The notes under the pieces: model-generated | Told to the model about the DNA's origin: nothing | The model's input: only the letters and a program-made list of their open reading frames with translations | Database searches by the model: none | Position numbers and translations under genes: made by a program | Shown here: in pieces, positions 49,423 through 57,821 of the stretch | Position numbering within the stretch: position 1 is the stretch's first letter | Layout: each line of letters begins with the position of its first letter | Assembly (NCBI GenBank): GCA_044229975.1 | Contig: JBGARZ010000020.1 | Span: forward strand, 64,001 to 128,000 | DNA: 64,000 nucleotides | Direction of reading: 5' to 3' | Source of the DNA: Polyangiales bacterium | GTDB lineage: Bacteria; Myxococcota_A; Polyangia; Polyangiales; Ga0077539

Positions 49423-49725
49423 AGGGGTCCGTTGGGCTACGCCCCGGGGACGTGAGGCGTCAAGGCACTCATGGGCCGCCCGACGCGGCGCGGTGTCCGC
49501 TACGCCGCGCGTCACGATCGTTGACCCGTGACATTCCGCGTCACGCAATCTTGAAAGAAACGTTGCAAGCCCGAAAGGCTGTGATAACCCTCTCTCCCGT
49601 TGATCTGGCGGGCACCGGATCACTCTGCGCTTTGACCTCGGCGTCAAAGCGTCAGACCACACCGACCCGAACGCCCCGAAAACCAGCCAACACGCCACGT
49701 CACCGGGGGAGCTTCGACACTTCAC

Positions 49726-50163
49726 ATGATGATCCAACGCAACAAGAACCTCTTCGCCCAGCGCTTCCGCGTCGTGCTCATCGGCGACGATGACCGCTTC
49801 ACGCACGCCCTCGGCGAGCTCCTCCAGAGCGCCGGCTACGTCGTCGCCGTCACCACCACCGCCGACCAGTGCCTCGCCGAGCTCGACCGCCCCGGCCGCC
49901 GGGTGCTCATCGCCGACCTCGCCGCCACCCAGATGCAGGGCGTCGAGACCGTGCTCAACCTCCGCGATCGCCGCATGACGGTCCCCACCGTCGCCATCTC
50001 CTCGATGCCCAACATCGCGCAGCACTGCGCCGCCCTCGGGGTGCGCCATCACCTGGCGCAGCCGTTCCGCTTCGGGCAGCTCATCGACCTGCTCGAAGCC
50101 GTCGCGCGCCCGACGGTCTCCCCGGCCACCACCGGCGCCGTCAGCCTCGCGCTCGCCGAGTAG
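49726..50163 (+). CDS. Stand-alone (atypical) receiver-domain protein
   Basis: VVLIGDDD, LIADL, AISS; QPF in place of KPF. Confidence 0.7.
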   Translation: MMIQRNKNLFAQRFRVVLIGDDDRFTHALGELLQSAGYVVAVTTTADQCLAELDRPGRRVLIADLAATQMQGVETVLNLRDRRMTVPTVAISSMPNIAQHCAALGVRHHLAQPFRFGQLIDLLEAVARPTVSPATTGAVSLALAE

Positions 50164-50256
50164 TCCCGCCCCTCCCCGTCTCCCTGCTGCACAAAATCAC
50201 TGTCCACCGTCACAACGGTGTAGCCTCCCGCTCACCAGGGAGGCTCCGTACCAGCC

Positions 50257-51297
50257 GTGGCGTCATTCCTTTCCATCCTCGGTCTGCTCGGGATGCCGGT
50301 CGGCATCTACCTCATCACCCTCTGTGCACGCGGGGCCACCACCCCGTGGGCCTGGGCCTGGATGGTGACCTACGTCCTGCTCGACCTCGGGTGCTTCTCC
50401 CTCGTCGGCAACCCCCGCCGGGGGCGCATCCTCCTCGGGCTCGGCACCGTCCTCCTCGCCGCCATCGTCGGCCTGCGTCACATGAAGAGCTACCCCACCG
50501 GGCTCGGCTCCAACGTGCGGCTGCCCGCCAACACCCCCGGCCGCTGGATCAACCGCCTCGCCGAAGAGGCCGACATCGGCCCGATGATGCTCACCGCCTT
50601 CGGTGACTTCGGCGCCTTCCCCGGCGACGACGTCAAGCGAGCCCGCCCGTACATCAAGCGCTCCTACCGAACGCTCCGCAATGACCCGGAGTTCGCCCCG
50701 GTGCCGTCCACCGTCGCCGCCAACATGCTCGGCATGACCTCGACGGCCGCGACCGAGACCCTGGTGTTCAACCCGCCGCCCGAGGGCCGCGCCGACCGCG
50801 CCATCATCTTCCTCCACGGTGCGGGTCCGCTCTTCAAGCTGCCGTGCTGGATGCTCGCGCGGCGCATGCCCGACGCCATGATCGTCTGTCCCACCGTCGG
50901 CCTCCGCGGCGAGTGGACCCACCCCAACGCCGCGGCGACGTTCCAGAGCGTTCTCTCGTGGACGCGGCAGCGCGCCTCGGCCGTGTACGCCATCGGCTGG
51001 GGCACCGGCGGCCACGCGCTCTTGCGTCAGCTCAACAGCAACGCCCTCGGGCACGTCTCAGGGATGGTGCTGGTCTCGGGCTACGACGAAAACTACTTCG
51101 ACGACGTGCGCCGCTCGGGCCTGCCCATCCTCATCCTGCGGGGCGACGCCGATCAGCGGACGCCGGCCTTCCGCGTCGAGGGGCTCGCGGGCCTCGACCG
51201 GGTTCGCAACCTGGAGATGCCCGGCGACCACTTCGTGTTCTATGAACAGGAAGAGCTCGTGCTGGAGGAGCTGGACTCCTTCTGCGGCGCACACTGA
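50257..51297 (+). CDS. Membrane-anchored alpha/beta-hydrolase-fold protein
   Basis: Three N-terminal TM helices; IFLHGAG, IGWGTGG, LILRGDAD, GDH. Confidence 0.7.
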   Translation: MASFLSILGLLGMPVGIYLITLCARGATTPWAWAWMVTYVLLDLGCFSLVGNPRRGRILLGLGTVLLAAIVGLRHMKSYPTGLGSNVRLPANTPGRWINRLAEEADIGPMMLTAFGDFGAFPGDDVKRARPYIKRSYRTLRNDPEFAPVPSTVAANMLGMTSTAATETLVFNPPPEGRADRAIIFLHGAGPLFKLPCWMLARRMPDAMIVCPTVGLRGEWTHPNAAATFQSVLSWTRQRASAVYAIGWGTGGHALLRQLNSNALGHVSGMVLVSGYDENYFDDVRRSGLPILILRGDADQRTPAFRVEGLAGLDRVRNLEMPGDHFVFYEQEELVLEELDSFCGAH

Positions 51298-51315
51298 TCC
51301 CGGAGAACGTCGACG

Positions 51316-52008
51316 ATGGCCGCGCGCAGCGAGAACGGGTTGAATCCAGAGGCTGACGCCACGTCGAAGGCCCAGGATGCTGCCCGCGCCCGACAACGAG
51401 ACCGTGACCTCATCGACCGCGCGGCGGCGGGAGACCTCCGCGCCTTCGAAGAGCTGGTCCGCCACCACCAGCGCCGCGCCCACGCCGTGGCCTACGGCAT
51501 CGTGCGCAACCCCGAAGACGCCCGCGAGGTCGCGCAGGACGCCTTTCTTCGGGTGCACCGACATCTCAAGGATTTCGAGGGCGGCGCGAGCTTCAGCACC
51601 TGGCTCTACCGCATCGTCTACAACCTCTCCATCGACCTCCTGCGCCGCCGGTCGCCCGGCCGCGCCATCGAGCTCGAAGACCACACCGACCTCGACGGCG
51701 CGCCCGACGAGTGGCTCCCGTCGCGCGGCGAGTCCAACCCCTTCGCGGCGCTCGACCGCACCCGCCTCGTCGAGGCCATGCAGCGCTGCCTCGACGAGCT
51801 CCCCCCGCACCACCGCACGGCCATCCTGCTGCGCGAGGTCGAGGGGATGTCCTACGAGGAGATTGCGGAAGCCATGGAGGTGCCCAAGGGCACCGTCATG
51901 TCGCGCCTCTTCCACGCGCGTCGCAAGATGCAACGCATGCTGCGCGAGCACTTCGGCGAAGAGGTTCCCAAGACCGCGGACGAGCGAGACGCCGAGGAGG
52001 CACCGTGA
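51316..52008 (+). CDS. ECF RNA polymerase sigma factor
   Basis: AFEELV, QDAFL, FSTWLYRI, GMSYEEIA, GTVMSRLFHAR. Confidence 0.93.
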   Translation: MAARSENGLNPEADATSKAQDAARARQRDRDLIDRAAAGDLRAFEELVRHHQRRAHAVAYGIVRNPEDAREVAQDAFLRVHRHLKDFEGGASFSTWLYRIVYNLSIDLLRRRSPGRAIELEDHTDLDGAPDEWLPSRGESNPFAALDRTRLVEAMQRCLDELPPHHRTAILLREVEGMSYEEIAEAMEVPKGTVMSRLFHARRKMQRMLREHFGEEVPKTADERDAEEAP

Positions 52009-52673
52009 CCGCGCGCGATGACCACGACCCGCGGCTCACCGAGGCGATGGCGCTCTGGGCGGAGACGGCCGTGCCGGCGCTGCCCGACGACTTCACCGCA
52101 CGGGTGATGGCCGACGTGGCCGCGGCGCAGGCCGTGACGGCGTGGGCGGACGAGGCCGTGCCCGAGTTGTCCGACGACTTCACCGCGCGGGTGATGGCCG
52201 ACGTGGCGGTGGGGCGCGCGGTGGGCGCGTGGGAGGAGAGCGTCCCCGAACTGCCCGATGACTTCGCGGCGACGGTGGCGGCCAGGGCGGCGCGGCCGAA
52301 GCTCCAGGTGGTCGACGGCGGAGGCGGGAAGCCGGCCACGAAGACCGTCGAGGCGGCGCCGCGGTCGGGGCGGGGATGGCTGTGGCCGGTGGTGGCGGTG
52401 GCGGCCGCGGGGCTGCTGGCGCTGTGGACGTCGCGAACGCCCGCGCCCGGTGAGCACCACGACGTGGTGGCGCAACACATCAACGCCGATGTGCCGACGG
52501 TGACGCCGGTGGTGGAGCCGGTGCTGGTGGCGATGGCCGAGGTGACGCGGGTCGACGTGGTGGGGGTGCAGAGCGTCGCGGTGATGTCCGTCGCGGGGGA
52601 GGGCGGGGGCGTGGCCTCGCCGGTGGTGTGGATCACCGACAAGGACGAAGACGACGGGACGAGGATGCAATGA
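52005..52673 (+). CDS. Putative membrane anti-sigma factor
   Basis: GTGA overlap with the sigma gene; three PDDFTARVMA repeats; single TM; C-terminal VVWI. Confidence 0.7.
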   Translation: MTARDDHDPRLTEAMALWAETAVPALPDDFTARVMADVAAAQAVTAWADEAVPELSDDFTARVMADVAVGRAVGAWEESVPELPDDFAATVAARAARPKLQVVDGGGGKPATKTVEAAPRSGRGWLWPVVAVAAAGLLALWTSRTPAPGEHHDVVAQHINADVPTVTPVVEPVLVAMAEVTRVDVVGVQSVAVMSVAGEGGGVASPVVWITDKDEDDGTRMQ

Positions 52674-53158
52674 GGGCGCGGGCTTGGTGGGGCGTAGCGT
52701 TGGCGGTGGCGATGGTTCCGGCGGTGGGCGCGGCGGTGCCGCGGAGGCATCCATCGACGGTCGCGGGTGATCAGCGCGCGGCGCAGCAGCCCGCGGTGGG
52801 CACGCAGGTCGAGGTGCTGGTCATCGACGCGGGCCCAGGGACGGGGGGCATCGATCCGGGTCTCGCGCGGCTGTCGCAGCTGCGGCGGGCGCCGTTCAAC
52901 ATGTTCACGGCGATGCGGCTGGTGAGCCGGTCGACGCTCGCGCTCGGGACGACCCCGGCGCGGGCCGAGCTGCCCGACGGGTCAGCGACGGTGTCGCTCG
53001 TGTCGCGCGAAGGCGGGCGGTACACCTTCCAGGTGGCGCTGTCGCAGGGCTCGCGCGGCGGCAACATGACCTTCGTCGCCAGCGCCGGGGAGCCGGTGTT
53101 CACCGTGCGTTCCAATCGCGAAGGCCGGGCGATGATCCTCGGGTTCATCGTCCGCTGA
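52670..53158 (+). CDS. Secreted hypothetical protein (third gene of the ECF operon)
   Basis: ATGA overlap; signal peptide. Confidence 0.65.
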   Translation: MRARAWWGVALAVAMVPAVGAAVPRRHPSTVAGDQRAAQQPAVGTQVEVLVIDAGPGTGGIDPGLARLSQLRRAPFNMFTAMRLVSRSTLALGTTPARAELPDGSATVSLVSREGGRYTFQVALSQGSRGGNMTFVASAGEPVFTVRSNREGRAMILGFIVR

Positions 53159-53170
53159 GGGAGCGGCGCG

Positions 53171-54835
53171 CTACCCGTTCATCGAGAAGCCCGCCCGTCG
53201 CGCCAGCATCAACATCCGCGCGTGCTCCGGCACCTTCCCGAAGAACTCCTCCCGCGCCGCCGACCGCAGCCGCGCCGCCCGCGCCAAAAGCCGCGCCCAC
53301 GCCCACGCCAGCGCCGCGTCGGCCCGCGCGTCGTCGCCGCCCGCCCGCAGCGCCTCGGTGTACGCCACGCCCAGCAGCGCCTCGCCCTCCTCCACCGCAC
53401 CCACCGCACCCAGCACCCGAACGCCCTCCTCCGCGGCCTCCAGCGCCTCCATCCGGTGACCGCCGCGCAGCATCGCCGTCGCCCGTATCGCCAGCCCCAG
53501 CACCCGCGCTCCCGGCTGTCCCTCCAGCGCCGGTAGCGCCTGCGCCACCGCGGTCAGCGAGCCCGGTCCGTCGCCCGCCGCCAGCAGCACCCGACCGAGG
53601 TACAGCCGCGCCATCGCCGCGAGCTGCGCGTCGCCCTGCGCCTCCGCCTCGTGGATCACCGCCCGCTCCGTCGCGATCGCCTCCGCGTGCCGACCGAGGA
53701 GCATCAGCGCCAGTCCGCGGTTGTGACGCGCCGCCGTCGCGATGCGCCCGAGGTCGCGCGTCGCAGCCTCATCAATCACCCCTTGCAGGGCACGCAGCGC
53801 CGACTCGCCGTCGCCCAGGGAGATGTGGGCGAAGCCGACGTTGTTCCAGTGGAGCAGGGCGAAGCGGGGCTCGCTCAGGGACTCGTACGAGCGCGCCGCG
53901 CGGCTGCTCTCCTCCAGGTAGCCCACCGGGTCGTTGCCGTAGAGCGCCCGTAGCGCACGCGCCGCGTACACCCGCGACGGGTATGTCGGCTCCGGGTGCT
54001 CACCCGACGCCAGGATCTCCTCCAGCCGCGCGATCACCACCTCCGCCAGCGCGTGCTGACCCGTCTGCAACAGCGGAAACACCGCCAGGGCCAACGCCCC
54101 CGCCGCGATGCCCGGGTCGCGACGTTCGAGCGCGCGGCGGATGGCCGGGCCCAGCTCGCGAAACGGATCAGGCAAGAGCCGCCGCACTGCCAGCACCGCC
54201 AGCGACGAGGCCGCGCGGTACCACTCCATTCCCCCTTCGGGGGCGATGCGCCACGCTTCGCGGGCGCTGCGTTCGGCCTCCTCGATGGCGCCGCGCGCGT
54301 CGTGAACGCCCGTCTCGATCATCCGCATCGACGCCTCGGTGGTGGCGTCGACCCCGAGCGTCACCGCATGCGCCGCCCACGTGAGCGCCGCGTCGTAGCG
54401 ACCCTCTCGCAGCGAGCGGCGAGCGGCATCCGCGCACCACGGTCCGGCGGGTGCGGGTTCGTCGGTGGCCAATGGTGGTGGCGGTGTGATGGAGGCGCCG
54501 CGCTCGCGCTCCTCCTGAAACCACGCGGCGGCCTGGCCGTGCGCTCGCGCCCGCTCGGTGGGCGGCAGCACGGCCTCGATGGACGCAGCGGTGTCCGGGT
54601 CGGTGAAGGACCAGGTGTCTCGGCCCGCCGTCGAGCGCATCAGAACGCCATCGGTCGCAAGGCGTTGCAGGGCGGCGTCGACCGACGGCGCGTCGACGTC
54701 ACGAACGGCGGCGCGCAGGCCCTCGGCGGGGAAGGTGGTTCCGAAGACGCTCGCGGCGCAGAGCACGCGCGCGGCGTCGGGGCCGAGGGAGTTGAGCCAG
54801 GCGGTGATGTCGCCGGGGGTGATGGAAGGGCGCAT
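53171..54835 (-). CDS. TPR-like helical repeat protein resembling the C-terminal part of myxobacterial kinase/AAA-ATPase proteins
   Basis: ARVLCAASVFG, NNVGFAHISLG, HNRGLAL, FFGKVPEHAR. Confidence 0.6.
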   Translation of the reverse strand: MRPSITPGDITAWLNSLGPDAARVLCAASVFGTTFPAEGLRAAVRDVDAPSVDAALQRLATDGVLMRSTAGRDTWSFTDPDTAASIEAVLPPTERARAHGQAAAWFQEERERGASITPPPPLATDEPAPAGPWCADAARRSLREGRYDAALTWAAHAVTLGVDATTEASMRMIETGVHDARGAIEEAERSAREAWRIAPEGGMEWYRAASSLAVLAVRRLLPDPFRELGPAIRRALERRDPGIAAGALALAVFPLLQTGQHALAEVVIARLEEILASGEHPEPTYPSRVYAARALRALYGNDPVGYLEESSRAARSYESLSEPRFALLHWNNVGFAHISLGDGESALRALQGVIDEAATRDLGRIATAARHNRGLALMLLGRHAEAIATERAVIHEAEAQGDAQLAAMARLYLGRVLLAAGDGPGSLTAVAQALPALEGQPGARVLGLAIRATAMLRGGHRMEALEAAEEGVRVLGAVGAVEEGEALLGVAYTEALRAGGDDARADAALAWAWARLLARAARLRSAAREEFFGKVPEHARMLMLARRAGFSMNG

Positions 54836-54960
54836 GGAGGAAGAGCCGCGGCAGTCTACGCGGCTCGCGCGCCGGAGCGACGGTTCGTTGTTGGGCGCGC
54901 GTTGACGAAGGCGCCCGGCGCCTTCACACAGTGGACCCGCACAGGAGTAGACGAACCCCC

Positions 54961-55413
54961 ATGAGCAACGACCGATCGGCTTCCGGCTACGACGTGGCGC
55001 GCCTCCCCCCGGCGACCATCGAGACACTGGCCCAGACGCTCACGCCCGAAGAGCGCCGCATCGTGCTGGCGCAAGGCACCGAGCGGGCCTTCTGCGGCAC
55101 GCTGCTCGATAACAAGAAGAACGGCACTTACGTCTGCCGCCTGTGCGCGCTGCCGCTGTTCAAGTCGACGGCGAAGTTCAACTCGGGCACCGGGTGGCCG
55201 AGCTTCTTCGAGCCGTACGACCCGAAGCACATCGAGGAGATCACCGACGAGAGCCACGGCATGGTGCGCGTCGAGATCCGCTGCCAGCGCTGCGGCGGCC
55301 ACCTCGGGCACGTCTTCCCGGATGGGCCGCGGCCGACGGGGCTGCGCTACTGCCTCAACTCGGCGTCGCTGGAGTTCGCCGAGGACGGTTATCCCCTCCC
55401 GCAGAAGGTGTGA
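54961..55413 (+). CDS. msrB: Peptide-methionine (R)-S-oxide reductase
   Basis: GTERAF, CxxC, KFNSGTGWPSF, GHLGHVFPDGP, RYCLNS. Confidence 0.96.
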   Translation: MSNDRSASGYDVARLPPATIETLAQTLTPEERRIVLAQGTERAFCGTLLDNKKNGTYVCRLCALPLFKSTAKFNSGTGWPSFFEPYDPKHIEEITDESHGMVRVEIRCQRCGGHLGHVFPDGPRPTGLRYCLNSASLEFAEDGYPLPQKV

Positions 55414-55658
55414 GCTTGCGGGTCGGAGTTCGCGGGACCCCATCGCAGGTGCGTGCAGTCGCTCACTCCGGGCTATTTCACGCGGTCACCTCGCTGCGCG
55501 AGGTTGCAGGGGCTCGCGACTGACGATGAGCGAGTCGATGGCTTGTTCGTTGAGACCAGTGCTGCAACCTCGCGCAGCGAGGTGACCGCGTGAAATAGCC
55601 CGGAGTGAGCGACTGCACGCACCTGCGATGGGGTCCCGCGAACTCCGGCCCGCAAGCT
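55413..55658. repeat. REPIN-like long inverted repeat (~97-bp arms, 52-bp spacer)
   Basis: 55413-55509 is a near-perfect reverse complement of 55562-55658; abuts the stop codons of convergent msrB and SDR. Confidence 0.92.
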
Positions 55659-56500
55659 TACCCCGCCGTCCACGCCTCGCTCTTCTCCCACAGGGTCTTC
55701 GCCAGCGCGGCGTCGTCGCCCAGCTTCGCGGGCGTCTTCTCGCGGCACTTGTCGTAGTAGCGCCCGTCGTGGTCGGCGACCTCCGGCGACGTGGCGCACC
55801 AGAGCTGCGTCCGCGCCCCCTCCTCGTTCGTCAACATGAACAACTTCATCAGGTGCCGAACCCCCCACGGCACCTCGCGCCACACGTCCGTCGCGACCCC
55901 GCCCGGGTGCAGCGAGTACGAGCGCACGCCATCGCCCGCCTTCCCCCGCGCGAGCTCCTTGGTGAAGAGCACGTTGCACAGCTTGCTCACGCAGTACTCG
56001 GGGAAGCCCGTGGTCGTCGCGGTGGGCTTGCGCTGCGCGTCCCAGTCGATGCCCGGCGCGCGGTAGTGCCCCTGGCTCGACACGTTGACGATGCGCGCGG
56101 GCTTCGACTCCCGCAGCCGCGGCAACAGCAGCGTCGTGAACAGAAACGGCCCCAGGTGGTTGGTGCCAAACGTGATCTCGAAGCCCTGCTTCGTGAGCCC
56201 GTGCGCGCCCGCGAGGCCGGCGTTGTTCATGAGCACGTGCAGGGGTTCGCTCGTCGCCAGAAACCTCTCGGCCGCCGCGCGCACCGAGTCGAGGTCGGCC
56301 AGGTCGAGGTGCAGAAACTCCGCGTCGCCGCCCGTCGCGCGGATGGCCTCGATCACCGGCCGCGTCTTCTCCTCCGAGCGACACGCGAGGTGCACCCGCG
56401 CGCCGCGGCGGGCGAGCTCTTCGGCGCTCACCCGGCCGATGCCCGTGTTGGCGCCTGTCACGATCATGGTCTTGCCCGCGAGGTCCCTCGTGCTGCTCAT
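55658..56500 (-). CDS. Short-chain dehydrogenase/reductase (retinol dehydrogenase-like)
   Basis: TGANTGIG, NNAG, NHLG, YCVSK, HPGGV. Confidence 0.92.
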   Translation of the reverse strand: MSSTRDLAGKTMIVTGANTGIGRVSAEELARRGARVHLACRSEEKTRPVIEAIRATGGDAEFLHLDLADLDSVRAAAERFLATSEPLHVLMNNAGLAGAHGLTKQGFEITFGTNHLGPFLFTTLLLPRLRESKPARIVNVSSQGHYRAPGIDWDAQRKPTATTTGFPEYCVSKLCNVLFTKELARGKAGDGVRSYSLHPGGVATDVWREVPWGVRHLMKLFMLTNEEGARTQLWCATSPEVADHDGRYYDKCREKTPAKLGDDAALAKTLWEKSEAWTAG

Positions 56501-56593
56501 GGCAGGCGCGACGCTACCACGGCCGTAGCAGCGCAACGCCCGATGGGCGGAGCGTCCCTTGTGCGTCGCGACGCACGCGGTATCGATTGATCC

Positions 56594-57743
56594 ATGAACC
56601 GATGGGTGTGGTTGGGGCTCCCGGCGGTCTGCGGGCTCGCGTGTACCGGTGATGGCGGCGGCAGCGGGCGTTGCCGGTTTCAGAGCATCGTCCAGTAGCG
56701 GGGGGCTGTGCACCCTTACGCTCAACTGCGGCGGCGGGTCCGTCGGCCTCTCGTGCGATGACACCGACTGCGTGTGCGTCGACGACGGCCGCGGGGGGAC
56801 GCGCTTCGACATCGCCGGTGCCTGCGGCATGTCCACCGAGACGTTGACGTCGGTCTACGAGGCCCGCTGCGCGCCGGCGGTCGTGGACGCGGGGGCAGGG
56901 GCCGACGCGGGACCGCACGATGGTGGAGCCCCGGATGTTCCGCCCGTCGTGACGCCGTGCGTGAGCTCCGGGGCGGTCGACCTCCTCTTCGTGATCGACA
57001 ACTCCAGCTCCATGGCGGCCAACCAGGCCACCCTGGCGCGCAGCATCTCGGGCCTCTTCAACGGGCTCGTGAACCCGATCTCCGCCCGTCACCAGCCTGC
57101 ACGTCGGCATCATCTCGACCGACCTCGGAACACCCGGCGCCACCATTCCGTCGTGCGCCAACAGCGACGTCGGCGACGACGGGTTTCTCAACCCCATCCG
57201 CAACGGCGCCGCGATTCGCGCCCATCAGCCGTGGGCCACGGCTCCTTCGGGGACGCGCCCCTCCCGCTGCCAGTCCGACCCGACGCAGTACCCGAAGCTT
57301 CCTTCACGTCGGTCAAGCCGGGGCGGCCGGGCAACGTGGTGTTCGCGGCGCTCGCAGGCGTGCCCATCCAGTTTCCGCAGACGGGGAGCGGCGACGTCGA
57401 CTGGGAAGCGCTGCTCGGGAGCAACCCCGACGGCTCGGACGGCTACACCGGGATGTCGCCCGAAGGCCCCGTCTCCATGCGGCAGCGCAACATGGACCCG
57501 AGCTGCTCGACGCGGGTGGTTCCCGCCTGCCGCCACGAGGGGAGCTCGTACGACCCGATGCGCCCGCCGTGCAGCACCGACCAGCAGTACTTCGCGCTGC
57601 CGTCGCGGCGCGTCGCCGAGGTCGCCCGCCGCTTCGCGGCCACCTACCAGACCGGAACGGTGAGCTCCATCTGCCGCAACGACTACGGTCAGGCCCTGGA
57701 CGGGGTCGAGCGCCTCATCGGGTCGCGCCTCTGCGCGCGGTAA
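56594..57743 (+). pseudogene. Frameshifted, internally deleted myxobacterial VWA-type lipoprotein
   Basis: Lipoprotein signal (MNRWVW...GLAC) ends in an early stop; VDLLFVIDNSSSM is in one frame, SLHVGIISTDLG in another, then the frame returns to VVFAALAGVP...SSIC. Confidence 0.7.
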
Positions 57744-57821
57744 CTGAGCCGCGGTCGCCGTCGTCGCTCTCCCGATAGTTTCCATCCCCCTCGCTGAACC
57801 CCGTCGGTATCGTCACCGTCC

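Noticed and set aside
55510..55561. Hammerhead ribozyme suggested by CTGACGA in the palindrome spacer
   Set aside because: No correctly placed stem II + GAAA core follows.
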